Origin: Eledone cirrhosa
Taxonomy: Eukaryota
Length of the DNA stretch: 64,000 bases
Direction: 5' to 3'
NCBI GenBank assembly: GCA_964016885.1
Contig: OZ024758.1
Coordinates: forward strand, 18,352,001 to 18,416,000
The position numbers and the translations under genes were made by a program. Below, in pieces: positions 46,521 to 60,756 of the stretch (the stretch's first letter is position 1; every line of letters begins with the position of its first letter). The notes under the pieces are model-generated. The model did no database searches. It was not told the DNA's origin and was given only the letters and a program-made list of their open reading frames with translations.

Positions 46521-46859
46521 AATGAAAACATGTTTACGTATGTGTGTAGGTGGATGTTTGAGACTGTAACTGCCAATTCGTTAGTATGTCAATTTATCGC
46601 CTAAAGAATATACAATCCCTACCTCATTACTGTAGTTTTACAGTATTTACGGTTATCATTCCTAACGTGTAATTGTTCAATTAACAAATGAGTTCCATGA
46701 GGATGTACACTAATGTTGTTATAGATGTTGTTGTTTTATTAATATTTATATAGAATTCCTCACAATTTTCCCCAATACGACTACACCACATAATGCTAAA
46801 TCAAATCAAATGTTCAACGATAAAAATCAATTTGAAGCTGACATGATAATATAATGATA

Positions 46860-47212
46860 ATTATTGTGTACTGTGCTCAGGAGCACTACAAATCATCAAA
46901 GGTGCATCTATAATACATGGAATAATGTACAAAAGTCAGGAAACAGCGACAACTGATGCAGGTAGTTTATTCCATGCTTCAGCAACTGTATCCGAATGTC
47001 ATGAGAGCTGTACGTCTTTCTGATTTTGTAAGCAGGTGTACATGGTTTTCAAAAAGGTGCTAGGTGTTGTTGTTAGAAAGATCGTTAATAATATCGTGGG
47101 TGTCTACTTAGTCATGTACCAGGCATCCGAGCCTTAGTGTGCCCATGCCTGTGGCAGCAAATGTTAGATGCCTGGTGGATGACATTCGTTTGTTTGCCAG
47201 GTTTCTGAAAAG
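46860..47212 (-). pseudogene. Degraded CR1/L2-type LINE ORF2 C-terminus and 3' end
   Basis: Minus-strand peptide remnants GMGTLRL, VDTHDIIN, AYKIRK and VAEAWNKLPASVV (WN-LP motif typical of CR1/L2 ORF2 ends). Confidence 0.7.
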
Positions 47213-47967
47213 TTTCCAAGAGATCAATATTCTGTACAAGAATATAAATACATTTCAAGGCTACTCGACTTATAAGATTCACTTCAAGAATTTCTATCAG
47301 CTGCCTGTTTGCAATTTATGTGAACGTATTCTACTCAATAATAACAACATAGGCAACTCACTTGGTGTCCAATTATTTCATGAGTAAATACGATTATCAA
47401 TACAAAAGACAGATCTAAAAGAAATACACACACACTATATGTTTCATTACATAGTTAAACTTCATTGGTAGGGACTCTACCACCGTGGAGGAAGCATGCT
47501 GTCTTTGAGACATACATTTTCATGTTCTATACGTAACCCATTTACTCTTCCCAATTAAAAAATAATAACATTTCAAGGTATTTCTCTCGCAGACTTAGTG
47601 ACCAGTGCCAAACACATATTGTCAGTTCTTCTCGAAATAATGAAAGATATAAGCAACTAGTGGTATTATTGGTAAAGTGATCTCTTATCTTGATATGAAA
47701 TTGATTTTCAGCCAAAGATCTTAGAGAGAAGTTTGGTAATTGTCCATTAGAAATACTCCCAAGCGTATTTGAGAGATAAATCAGCAGACATAATGTGAGA
47801 TAAGGAAACAATTAGTTTCCAGGGAATATTTCTTATTCGATGTATCAGTTGCTACATATTTGGCAAGTACAGTATTCTGTTATACAGGCGTATAGATCAA
47901 TTATTGAAATATGTATGCACGTTGTACATGTATATTTGGCCTTTTACATATATATATAAATATAAAC

Positions 47968-47998
<31 letters not shown>

Positions 47999-48015
47999 CA
48001 TATATATATATAAAC

Positions 48016-48052
<37 letters not shown>

Positions 48053-48124
48053 AATATGTATATACTTATATACATATATATGAATATATAAAGATACAAA
48101 TATACATATACATATATAAACATG

Positions 48125-48181
<57 letters not shown>

Positions 48182-48389
48182 GGGGGGGGGTTGCGCTGCG
48201 TGTAATCATATATGATTGTGTGATTGTACAAACACACACACATACGCACACACACACGTGGTACTATTAAGTTAGACATGGCCTGGGCCAATACTGGCCG
48301 AAACCTATCAAAGTTATCAAAGTATTCATCTATATATTTATATAGGTATTTAGGTGCAAGTTAATTGCGTCCATAGCCGGTATGTCGAA

Positions 48390-48785
48390 TCCTGAGGAAC
48401 TGGAATCATATGAATACGAACAAACGAATTTCAGCGTCAAAGGACACCCTCTTCTCCCATTGGTCCTGAAATCGTTTGTTCGATTTCATATGATTCCAAT
48501 TCCTCAGAGTAATAACAACCCAACCAATAACTGGGCATATCGGAGTATTGACGAAGTTAAATACCTCAACAACATGTGTACTCGTCTCTAACTCATCAAT
48601 TCGGACTGCCTGAAGAGGTCACAGCCAAAGATGGCCGTCACCGAAATAAATATAGCAGTAATAATTTTAAATATTTGACTTACTTATTTTATTTTACATT
48701 ACTCCGGAGTAACCAAACCAACCTGCCCACTTCGTCGAGTGCTCCAATCTGCATACTGAGGTATCGGTGAATAACCAACATATAC
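48390..48785 (+). mobile_element. Family C HHR-bearing pLTR-like repeat
   Basis: Homologous to 1668-2020 in the opposite orientation; internal inversion at 48391-48508. Confidence 0.75.
48605..48659 (+). ncRNA. Type I hammerhead ribozyme (family C)
   Basis: actgc-CTGAAGA-ggtcacagcc(aaagat)ggccgtcacc-GAAA-ta(aa)ta-TA-gcagt. Confidence 0.8.
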
Positions 48786-49625
48786 TCTAAAAAAAAAAAT
48801 ATATATATATATATATATATCCAAAATTAAAATTAAAATGTATATATATATATGTAACTATATTTGTGGATGGTGATTTTGCTAGTATTGTCAACACATA
48901 TATATGATATGGTATTCCGGAATCAGACATATCGCTAACAATTAGTAAGTTCGGCGTCAGATAACTGTTATATATATATATAAATAAAATGAGATTTCTT
49001 AATTCAATTCCCTAATGCATATACCACCAGGCTATCAGCATTGTTGTTATACAGTAGCAGTGAACATCTCCCTCTTCCTTACATGACACTTTATATCTGT
49101 ATTAATACTACTACACCAAACGACCAGCCCTGTCCATTGTTCAATTGGCCAAATATAGATGGAAATAGGCACCCCCCAAAATTCTTATTTAGATAAAATA
49201 AGCCATATACTCATTGTATACTCATTAAACTTTTATATACACTTTACCAGGACATTGAATTGCCATCTGTCATATACTATCCCCTCTCTTCTTCCTTTCT
49301 TACAACTAATATAAATACTACAATTTTTCTGATTTTTTCCAATTTATCCAATATCTCTGAAGAAGGGACAACTGATTATACATTTGCTATCCAATACTAG
49401 CTAACATTATATGATTACGCAAGCAGCGATACATAGGTATTCCATCTGTTACAGAAACATATGTAAGTACCTAATAAATTCCTTTATGAAAGCACTTTCA
49501 TTTTATATTCATCTTTTCTACATTTTCTCCGGAATATAATTTATACTCGTTGAGCAAACCTACACGTACGCTGTTCATCTCTAACGTGACGATATATTAT
49601 CACCACATTATTGATAACTTGAAAT

Positions 49626-49663
<38 letters not shown>

Positions 49664-49710
49664 AGTAAGTATGTTTTGAAACAGTGAGCAGGTTTGAAAT
49701 TAGAAAATAG

Positions 49711-49893
49711 AATAGCTTTCACCGTATTTTTGATTAAATAATTTTTTAGCATGATACTGTGTTTAGAACCTCAGATAAATGGAAATAGATGAGTATTGAC
49801 GTCAATACTCATCTTTTTCCATTTATCTGAGGGTTCTAAACCCCATTATGAGGCTAACACTTTCCTTTAGTCAAATATACGGTGAAAGCTATT
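49711..49893. repeat. Family F palindrome centred at 49800/49801
   Basis: tcagataaatggaaa.agatgagtattgac|gtcaatactcatct.tttccatttatctga; outer arms aatagctttcaccgtattt / aaatatacggtgaaagctatt. Confidence 0.85.
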
Positions 49894-50103
49894 ATATATT
49901 TCTCAACCTGATTAGTTCTATCATTACTTCGGTATGTATTGTGTCTTAGTTTCGCCTACCACATTGTTCGATTTGTCAAGCTATTTAAACGTATGTTATT
50001 ACTCTGAGGTCCTATCTTATCGAGTGCTTTGCTAGCTCATCATTTCATTTAAGTAGGCCGAATTTATTTGCAAACCGCCAGAGATTCGATTTTACTGATT
50101 TCC

Positions 50104-50154
<51 letters not shown>

Positions 50155-50564
50155 TTGTTGTAGTTTGCTTGAAGCATTGTATATAATATATAAATGTGGA
50201 AAGTGATATATGTAAGATGGCTCAACAATGCAAAATGAACGGCAAGATGAAGGTGACGAAACGTGTAGTTACCTAGTAAACTTTGATTTGTTTTCTTATT
50301 GGTGTTGCTTCTTTCGTCGTGCGTGCATGTAAAGAGGAGAATGCTGTATTTTGCTTCAAGGCATGAGGGATATGAAACGAGGTTATGCCTTGGAATATGT
50401 TAAAATGCAAGCGGGGTTGTATATATCAAAGCAAATAAATTGGGGCATCTGTTCTTATATCTCTTCGTAGCGAATGTACTGATGTCTGTTTCTTTCATTC
50501 TGAACTACGCTATATCAATGCTATCCGAAGAAAATAGTTTCTTTAACAAAAGCTATCTATAATA

Positions 50565-50950
50565 TAATTGTGTCTACTTTTGGCACAAGGCCAGCAATTA
50601 ATCCAGTGCATTACTGGAACTTTATTTTATCGAACCCGTAAGGATGAAAGGCAAATTTAACCTCGATTGGATTTGAATTCAGACCGTAAACGGTCCTAAA
50701 CCTTTGCTATAAACTTGGCGACCGTCCATCTAACGATACTGCCAATTGTTAAGATAATTCTTCGTAATATTCGTACATGGCAATCAATTAGGTGAAATAA
50801 GAAGAATTTAGAATATATTGCTGCCAGTACTTATCTGGCCATGAATTGTTTTGAACCTGGAAGAATGAAATGTAACATTGACCTCAGCTGAATTAGAACT
50901 TAGAACGTTAAGAACCATAACTAAATATCGCACAGCATGTTGTTCGATAG
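50565..50950 (-). mobile_element. SINE plus an older SINE fragment
   Basis: Matches family consensus at 50565-50746; degenerate core at about 50825-50945. Confidence 0.75.
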
Positions 50951-51239
50951 AGCATAATGCTCTATCGAAACTTCAGACCCAACACCTATTTCATGTATGA
51001 ATCTAATCTGGCCGAGTTTACACTCGCAAATAAGAAGAATCAGAGCCGCCCCTACGAGTTTTGGATTTGGTGTACTTCATATTTGTTTCGGTTACTGAAT
51101 ACAATCATGACTCGCTGCTTCTCCTGAAGGTCAATAGTTCTCTATGAAATAACAGCTAAATTTAACACGACACTTTAAGAATGTATTTCCAGCTGAAGCA
51201 AACTTGATCATGAATAGGTTAAATTGTCTATGGTAGCAT

Positions 51240-52130
51240 ATGGAATAATTGGGTTAAATTTTAATTTAATAAACACCGACTCCGCGAAGTCTAAGAAAGA
51301 AGTGTAAAGAAAATATTGTATACATTGTAAAAGACCAAAATAGAAAGTTCCATGAAAGATTTATTAAAGAATAACATAAATATTTAGAAACATAAAACTA
51401 GAATATATAAAAAATATTTAGTTGGAATTAAAGACTGACTAAACAAAACATGTTAGCAACTATGGTGCTCTGGGAAACATGAGACATTCCTTCACAACAA
51501 TAAATTATTTTAATCAAATAGTAAAAAATATCTACCGAGACATCAATAAACAAACAAATGAATTTGCATAGCGCTAGAACATTAGCTGGAATAAAAATAT
51601 TTGGGTAGAAAATATCAAAGGAAAATATACATGCAAATATATAATAGAAGTACTCAAATGATTAGAAATGAAAGAGAAAAAATACAAAAAATACTGGAAG
51701 CATGTCAATAGCATTACAATATAAATAGCGAGACATTCACCAATACAATAATGACTACTAGCAACTGGATGGTTCCCATGATTTACATCGGTGATCTTGT
51801 TAAAAATCTATAATCAGTTGTAAATCTACTTTACAACGATGTAAATCAAATAAGATTCAAAATCTAAAGTTTGATTTAGACGTTGAACTCGCAACGTTAA
51901 AACAGAGTCAAGCATACATGCACAACAAAACATATGCAAACTGGATAGAATATTTGATGAGTAATGCAGAAGAGATAGATTAACATTAAAAACCGAATTC
52001 AGTGAAAGATATAAGACAGCAAGCATGGAATCTAATGGAATAAAGTATACCTTCATTGGTAAAACTCATCAGAACTGTCTCAATCCCAGTAATAAGCTAT
52101 AGACTTAATGTTATGAACTGTGTATTAAGA
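51240..52130 (+). pseudogene. Highly degraded non-LTR reverse transcriptase remnant (R4/Dong-like)
   Basis: A-rich strand with peptide remnants KKIYRDIN, SWNKNIWVENIK, YWKHVNSI, NLLYND (resembles HLLYMDD) and FSE/DI..ME..GIK (resembles FSxDIxMxFGxDKC); many stops and shifts. Confidence 0.45.
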
Positions 52131-52150
52131 CTTGAGAGAAAATCAAGGAA

Positions 52151-52752
52151 AATAATTGTTTCTACTTTAGGCACAAGGCCAGCAATTATCCAGTGCATTG
52201 CTGGTACTTTATTTTATCGACCCCGTAAGGATGAAAGGCAAAGTCAACCTCGGCGAGATTTGAACTCAGATCGTAAAGGGACGTAACTATGCTGGAAAGC
52301 ATGGCATCCGACCCTCTACCGATACTGCGAATCCAAGGAAAATAATGATTGAATCTAGAATATACGTTAATTTCACGGGAGGGACATTCCGTTAATCGAG
52401 AAAAAGGAAGCATACCACGTATAAAACGTGGGTGATAGTTGTATAATCCCGTAATTCTTGATAGAATCGTCGGTGCGCCGTAATGACATGCTGTGTTACT
52501 TGTGTATCTTAAGCCTGGCGGAGCCCATCCCTCTCCAGGCCTGAGTAACGCAGATTTCTTCCAGAGAAGGATAGAAAGTGACTGAGAATGAGTGTGAAAG
52601 AGATACAGAGGATGAATTAACCCTAGTACTAGAATGATGCTTTCTTTATCGACATCGAAAGGATGAAAGGCAAGTTGATCTCGGTGGGATTTGAACTCAG
52701 AGAGTAGAGATTCGGAACGAATGCCACAAAGCACTCTATCTGATGCTGTAAC
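52151..52752 (-). mobile_element. Short-tailed SINE (52151-52335) and long-tailed SINE (52445-52752)
   Basis: Both match family consensus. Confidence 0.85.
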
Positions 52753-53519
52753 GCCCCCCCCCCCCCCTCTGAAAGGGGTATCCATTTCTAAATTGAAATT
52801 CTGAAATATGAAACATATGGTAATAATTTAAAAGATCAATGATAACATTTCTCTGAAGGAAAACAGATTTCTCGAGTGAGAAAATATGGCAAATTACAAA
52901 ACAATATAACCAGACTAGAAGTTGAGATAAGTTCAGGGAAAATGTAATAACTATTTCAATGTTATTGCTTTCCAGTGACTTTCATGTGAAATATGAATTA
53001 AATTCTGGTATATCGAAAATACATTTCTGAAATAGGATTCATATTGAAATAACATATTTTCCACGGCAATTATCTCAGGATTGTGAAATACGATATAACT
53101 TGCAGAACCTGAAAGGATAGTGTTCAGTTGTATAAATGAGTATTGACAAAAATACTATTCCATAATTTACAGGTAATTTTGAAATAAGATCAAAGACCAG
53201 TATGCCTGCCTATGTATATAGGTATATTTTCTCTTTCTCTTAATCTCGAGTACATTTTTGGTCGGCCACCTTCCTAGTGGTGAGTTTGTAAAAGAAAAGA
53301 AATTGTTATCCCTTGAACCACAAATAATGTGTGGCAAATTATGAAGGTGCGAGATATCGTGACCAGATATGGGTAGTCTATGGATTAGGGAGCTGCGATC
53401 ATTTCCACAAATCCAAGTTCATTCTTATGTATATATGCATGTAGGTATGTACGTATGTATGCATGTATATGCGCGTGTACATACATAACATACATACACA
53501 CACATATATATATATATAC

Positions 53520-53790
53520 AGGGAGTGTAACGCGGAGTTACTGTAGATTCACCCTGATGTTTAGGTTCGCAACAGTATCCAGGTGTAGAGTTAGACAGCG
53601 TAGTATAATAATACAAGGACGAATGACTACTCTTTCATAAGGTTTATTCATTCTGTCATTACTACCACAGAGGTCCGACGAACTTTTGATTCCAGAGTCG
53701 GGCTAGATTGATACAGATCGAACTTTGAGCTGATCAGTAGCGAAACGTAATGAACGTAATAAAAGAGTAACCATTTGTCCTTGTATTATT
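53520..53790 (+). mobile_element. Family D foldback repeat with variant HHR core
   Basis: ggt-CCGACGA (53675-81)..tagc-GAAA (53742-45); stem III region deleted. Confidence 0.65.
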
Positions 53791-53806
53791 ATTAATATTA
53801 TTATTA

Positions 53807-54000
53807 TGGCGGTGGATTCGCAGTATCGGTAGAGGGTCAGACGCCATGCTTCTGACGTATAGAGTTACGGCCTTTGCCATTCTGAGTTCAAATCCAGCCG
53901 ACATTAACTTTGCCTTTCATCCTTACGGGGTCGATAAAATGAAGTACCAGTAATGCACTGGATAATTGCTGGCCTTGTGCCAAAAGTTCAAACAATTATT
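53807..54000 (+). mobile_element. Full-length tRNA-derived SINE within (TTA)n
   Basis: ggcggtggattcgcagtatcggtag..gagttcaaatcc..ggccttgtgccaaaagttcaaacaattatt. Confidence 0.9.
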
Positions 54001-55452
54001 ATTATTATTATAATTTATATATATATATAAATATGTTTGTATGTGTATATTTTTATTGTATAGAGAAATGGTTTCTACTGGACTAGAACTGTATCATTCG
54101 CATGAAATCATACGACATACATTAGGGGAGGACTGAACATTTTAAAGCCTGACTTTGAAGGACTAATATTAGCTCGAGCTGTGTAATTCCGTGTACATTA
54201 ATTTCAACTCTTCTTATTAATAACTACATTGCTCTTGTTCCAGGGACTATGTTGAAAAATAAACCTCATTTGGTCATTCCATGAGAGTATCTTTGTCAGC
54301 ATAAGAACATTTTCGCCGACCCTCGTAGAGGAAAACACTTATTTCATGACCATTGTAATATATCGTGGGTCTAAACATTTTTATCTGTTTGTAAAATGTT
54401 ATTTCTAGTAAGTTGCTGTGCTTATATTTTTCTAAAGAATCATTGACTTAAGAAATCTTAGCTTTGGAAAATACATTCTGTCTAGCGTGTTGATGTGTTT
54501 GTGTTTGTCTATATAATCATGGAATTAAAGAATGTATCTATGGTTGACAAAATTCTTTCAAGCATGTTACTGTGTTTTTGCTTGTGTTATAAAACATGTA
54601 TTTACAGATATGTATTTGCAGCTAATATATTATTTGTATTGTGTAGCTGTATTTATATTTGATTAGCTTATGTATTATTCAGAATATGATCTAGAATATG
54701 CGAGTTTATTTCTTTTAGAACATAGTAGAATGTATATGAATGGAGGTAAACTTATTGAGCTATCAGTTTACTCACTTGCTGATTTTAGCTGCAACGGGGA
54801 ATATAACATACCTGAATTATCTGTAAATGGAAAGCAAACAAAATAGTAGCAAAATAAGCATTAAGAAAACACACCTTTATCACTAGTTTTCCCTTTTCTA
54901 TTGATTAAATTCTGTGTTCGGTATAAACTAGATGATTCAAGTCTGTGAATTTAACATCATTTTCTGACAGAGAATTTAATTATAAGTTACGGTCAAAATA
55001 TCAAAAACTTGCTTCTGACATCTTTCGACTTTGGTTCAGTTAAGTGTTTTATTCTCTAAATTGCCAAATTTAGAGTAAGGACTGCCAAATGTTTTAATGC
55101 AAGAACTAAAATAGAAGTCCAACTTCATTATCATTTGCTGATTTATTTTATTTTTTATCCTATTCATTATTTTATATCATTTCATTTCTGTGTTCTTATA
55201 TTTTTCCTTTCACCTTTATTCTTTGTATCTCTCTCTATATCACTCTCTCTCTCTGGTTTTGCCTTTCTTTATACACGTAGAAGCGCGATCAACCCACATA
55301 CACACACAGATAATGTGTGTGTATGTGTACGTGATATACGTATTCATAAATATATATTTAAGTATATAAGTATATAATATATATATATATTTATTTATTT
55401 ATGTGTATATAATATATATATATATATGTATATATATATATTTATTTTTGTG

Positions 55453-55529
<77 letters not shown>

Positions 55530-55559
55530 CATATATACATTTATTTATTTATGTGTATG

Positions 55560-55601
<42 letters not shown>

Positions 55602-55657
55602 AAATAACAGATTTCAGTCTTCACATTTATTATTATTGCTATATACATATGGGTGAT

Positions 55658-55692
<35 letters not shown>

Positions 55693-56114
55693 TAGAGAGC
55701 GGGAGGGATAGAGAGAGGGAGTATGTGTGTATCGGGGAAAGGAACATATAAGGGGAATGTACTTAGCAACCAATCAAATTCCATTGTTTTTGGGATATAA
55801 ACGTCATTATAACTGAGAAAATCAGTCGTAGCTGACTCCTAATTAGAATCTTAATGCGGATTCGATGTGTTAATTGTACGACCTAGGGTTAAAACCAATA
55901 TATTCAAAAATACAAAAAGAAACAAAATCAATTGTAAATGTCTCTGCCCTGGTATTATTGATTTTAACGTTATATGAATTATGTTGTCTCCAGTCTAAAT
56001 CACAATCAAGAGAACCAATAAAATTCGACCAACATCATGTCTTTAATGAAAGCATCAGCACCATAATTGAATCTCTCTCTCTCATATATACACATATATA
56101 TATAAATTAAGTAT

Positions 56115-56280
56115 TTCCGAAAAGAGAGTGCTCTATGTAGGCTACAGAGCATTTCAGTTATGTAATAAACAACAACAGATAATTAAATCAGTTACCAGTG
56201 GTTTCTTGAAGGCAGATATAAATACCTGTCTTCAAGAAACGAAGTGTAAATGAATTAATTATCTTATGTTGTTTATTACA
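56115..56280. repeat. Foldback repeat related to 25600-25748
   Basis: agagtgctctatgtag..tacagagc shared between copies; arms tgtaataaacaaca / tgttgtttattaca. Confidence 0.7.
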
Positions 56281-56314
56281 TATATATATGTATGTATATA
56301 TATATATATATGTA

Positions 56315-56482
56315 TAACAATGAAAGTATGGTAAGGTACCAGGTGGACCATAACGCAACAGAGTACTCGATATCTAGGGAAGTAGTGTGGGTAATCGGAA
56401 CGTTTCGCCAGCTAGATTTGAACCGTTTGGATCTTACGGTCGAAACGGTGGGAGCTCTGCCGCCGAGGTCCTGACCCTTTTG
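56315..56482. mobile_element. Family B copy (diverged)
   Basis: ggtaaggtaccaggtggaccataacgca..gtcGAAAcggtgggagctctgccgcc. Confidence 0.7.
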
Positions 56483-56714
56483 CTATATATATATATATAT
56501 AGTCTAGGTACATGTTGCGTTCTTGAGCAAAACACTTCACTTTACGTTGCTCCAATATAGTCAGCAATATCTAGGTTTTTAACCCTTCATTAGACTGGTG
56601 CCCTGTTGAGGGAGGAGTCTTGTACTCACCGTCACTTTACGCTATGAAACCGGCCAAATCAGCCTTCTGGCTTAAGACAAACGTTATAAATATAAATATA
56701 TATACTTTTTTTTT

Positions 56715-56775
56715 AGTTTCAAAATATCACGTTAAGGGTGAAAGCATAGATTATTTGCTTAAACCCAAGGTGTTG

Positions 56776-56782
<7 letters not shown>
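56715..56782 (+). ncRNA. Solo family A hammerhead-like mini-element (degenerate)
   Basis: agttt-CAAAATA-tcac(gttaa)gggt-GAAA-gca..tgc-TT-aaacc. Confidence 0.5.
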
Positions 56783-56847
<65 letters not shown>

Positions 56848-56918
56848 TGGGGGCGGTGAGATAAACATATATGTATATAAACACACTAACCTATACATCA
56901 ATACACACACACACACAT

Positions 56919-56997
<79 letters not shown>

Positions 56998-57037
56998 TAT
57001 AAATATTAATAAAATAGATGTTCTTTTGATCAAGCAC

Positions 57038-57090
57038 ATTTTATTATACATATTTCGGATGTACAACAGTACGTCCTCATCAGAAAAAAT
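57038..57090 (-). ncRNA. Type I hammerhead ribozyme inside a foldback element (57005-57172)
   Basis: Minus strand: atttttt-CTGATGA-ggacgtac(tgtt)gtacatcc-GAAA-ta(tg)ta-TA-ataaaat; outer inverted repeat attaataaaatagatgttctt / aagaacatctattttattaat. Confidence 0.8.
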
Positions 57091-57268
57091 ATAATGATAC
57101 ATGGCATACCCTGAGATGTGAAATGGTTAAGATTTAATCAAAGTGATCCAAAGAACATCTATTTTATTAATATATATATATTAATATTAATAACCCCGGA
57201 AAATTATTTTTTTCGTAGAGTGCTGTAAAACTCATTCTTTGACATAGTCATTGAATATTGTTTAACAC

Positions 57269-57327
<59 letters not shown>

Positions 57328-58392
57328 CATGCATCTAACTCTATGTATATTTATGCCTATATCTTCATATGTATGAAGCTACTTTTGTATACGTACATAT
57401 TATCATGTGCTTTTTGAAGACCTTAGCTGAAATTTGGACCATGGCTAATTGAGGTTTTAAAACTAGATTTTGAGTTGTGAAATGGTCTGCATGCAACATA
57501 CTTGTGTAAATAGGTAGATGCTTTTGTACCAATCTAATATTCTAACTAGGTATCGCTTTACTTTCTTTTATTTTGCTTTGGGCCACCTCTGAAATTCTCT
57601 TGATTGCCACGTGTTTTATTTACATTATTGGTGCTGGAATCCATGGGATATTCTATGGCAGTTTCGATTTTGTCATATAGTAAATACGTCATAGAAAAAA
57701 TTAATTCTTTGTCAACTCCCTAAGTAAAAGTGCAACTCATTTTTTCTAATATAAGACGTTTGCATTCACACAAATACACACATATAAGGAATTCAAACGA
57801 AAGATGTTTGTTATGTTAACTTATCGAATTTAGTTGATTACAAGCCTACGTTACCAAGATTAAGCTTACTATAAGCTGTAGCTTCATACTCTCTACGTCT
57901 ATTCCGTCAACAGATGTTGAGGCTGCGCCAACAATGAAACAGGCTGCCAATGTTGTCATTCCACAGACACGAGTATGTTTAACGTACCTCTGAAGGTTTT
58001 TAAAAGTACAACTAATTTGTCTTATATGAATAGGCTGGATCAACGTGAAATAAAGTCTCACCCTCAATGACACAACTTACACTGAGTATAGATTTCATGA
58101 TCTCATCACCATGAACCGAACACCCTAACGTCTATGCTACGAGCCATCGCTTTTCCTTCAGTAAGCATTGAAGCACAGCAGTAAATTGCCAATAATTTTG
58201 TTTGGGAGCAATAGAAAGTGTAAATTGTCTCATGAATGTAGCTTGAAGAGATGATTCCTATATTTACAGCCTTATAACAAGATTTTCAGAGACGCTTCTA
58301 CAGCTAGCCGTTTTCTCATGTGGTTTGCAATATATTCATCAGAATGTATTTAGTTGGATCAAGCGCCGTACACGCTATAAGCAAATTGTGTC

Positions 58393-58424
<32 letters not shown>

Positions 58425-58478
58425 GAATGTATATGTGTATATATATGTGTGCGTGCGTGGGGGCGAGTGTAGGACTTC

Positions 58479-58630
<152 letters not shown>

Positions 58631-59711
58631 GTAAGAGAAAATGTTGTTCCAAATTTATGCAAAATTCTTGGTAGTTTGATAATGTTTTGAATATTCAATT
58701 GGGATTTACCTATTACGACGGTTAATATATGGTTATTGCTGGTAAGAACCGAAATCTATCTCATCAATACACAGAATTTAAGCTCAGTGTCGTCTACTAT
58801 TCCTAATACTACATAAAACAGTTGTGAAATTATGCATAGGATATGTTACTATTATCAACGGTAATGAAGCACGGCTGAAATTCAGTTCGCAATATTACAG
58901 TCGCTGCTTCAATCCCACTGAATGTAATTTCGGGCAAGAGGCATAAGCATAGCAAAGGCTCGATACAAGCTTTGTGAATTGAATTATGTAGGAAAAATCT
59001 GTGTGTAGAAGTCGGTTGGAAACATTCTACCTGTATATTCTTGGTCAGCTTTGTGACACATTTTGTCTCACCGATTCATCTCAGAAATAAAGTTAAAGGT
59101 ACACTTAATTATGTAATACTTACCAAATTAGAACTTATTATAGTAAGCAGGTTGTTCCCTTGATCGAACAACCGAACCGCTCATTTTTCATTTCAACTGT
59201 ATAAAAGAATATACAGCAAAGCTCTCAACCCACAACGGGCATTGAAAGAATTATTTTACTTTCCTCGGAAGATGAGATAGCAATTTCGAAATATTAGGAC
59301 ATATGAATAAATTAAAGTAAAAAAAAAATAACCATGTTTCTTACGATTTAATTATACTCCGGCCAACACTGCGTTATCATGGCTTTCAAACATCAAATTC
59401 TTTATAACATATACATGCTTCAAGTAAACTACATTTTCCACCTCTCAATTTAATTTAATCAACTTTCACTTTCCCTTCAAAATGCGGATCTTTTGCCAAA
59501 TGTAAAACCAATTATTACCTGAAAATATTACAAGATTTAGCCCTACAATCTACAGTTTTCTATTACCACCCTTGCTTTAACATCTATATACTTTGCTACA
59601 CCTATCGAACAGACACATTCATACACAGAAAACACATACAATCACACATACAAATATATATGTATACACATGTATACATACACACACGCATACACACACA
59701 TTCATATGTAC

Positions 59712-59751
<40 letters not shown>

Positions 59752-59756
59752 ATCTA

Positions 59757-59833
<77 letters not shown>

Positions 59834-60627
59834 GTACATATATATATATACACACACACACACATATATATATGTATACACACAGATATATATATATATA
59901 TATATATACACACAGATATATATATATATATATATATAATATATATATAAATGTGTGTGCTTTGTGTATAATTGAAAGGATGAAACATGTAAATATTTAT
60001 ATTTACTTAATAAAAAAAATATGCATATAATATTAATCATTTCAAATTTTATTTAAACTCATTCACTATTTTGTTTTTCATTTCTCTTAATTATTTGTTG
60101 AAATACTTTTTGTTTCTGTTTGCTTGCCTCGAAGCGCAATGACTTGTCTATCTCTTCTATAAGTAAAACACTATTATAATCTTCCTCTATAAAAAAAAGT
60201 TTTAAAATAGTTTAACAAAATCTTATAAAAAAGATACCCATCATTTTTTTTCTTCGACAAATATTTTCTATTAATACTACAATAAGAAATAGTAATTTAC
60301 AGAAGATAAAGATTACTGAAACCTAGAGGTATTAGTTTATATATATATATATATATATATATGAATTTATGTATATGTATGAGTGTACGTGTGTATGTAT
60401 GTATGTATGTATGTATGTATGTATGTGTGTGTGTGTGTGTGTATATACGTTCATATGTACATACACACAGAAAAATACATATGCCCACGCACACACACCT
60501 ATATATATATATATATATAATAATAATATTAAATTTGAAGACTAAAATACAAAGAGGGCTCGATAAGGATAAATATATATCAAATATATAAGAACCGTAG
60601 TGCAAATATTTCTTAAAATAACATTAA

Positions 60628-60678
60628 AATTTAAGCAAATAACCGCTGATTTCACCCTTAACGGGATCTTCTGAAATT
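60628..60678 (-). ncRNA. Family A hammerhead-like motif (CAGAAGA core)
   Basis: Minus strand: aattt-CAGAAGA-tccc(gttaa)gggt-GAAA-tca..tgc-TT-aaatt. Confidence 0.65.
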
Positions 60679-60756
60679 AATAAATCAATCTGTAAACGCA
60701 GAATTAATTATTTCGAAAAACATTGCAACCGAAAGAAGACAAGAAGACGATACTTT

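Noticed and set aside
57846-58073. 75-aa ORF as a gene
   Set aside because: Overlaps a repeat tail (tgtctgtggaatg) also seen near 11110; no protein motif
58239-58345. Degenerate hammerhead-like strings on both strands (minus: CTGATGA..GAAAacggctagctGTA)
   Set aside because: Stems I and II are poor and the core spacing is off; not supportable from one copy
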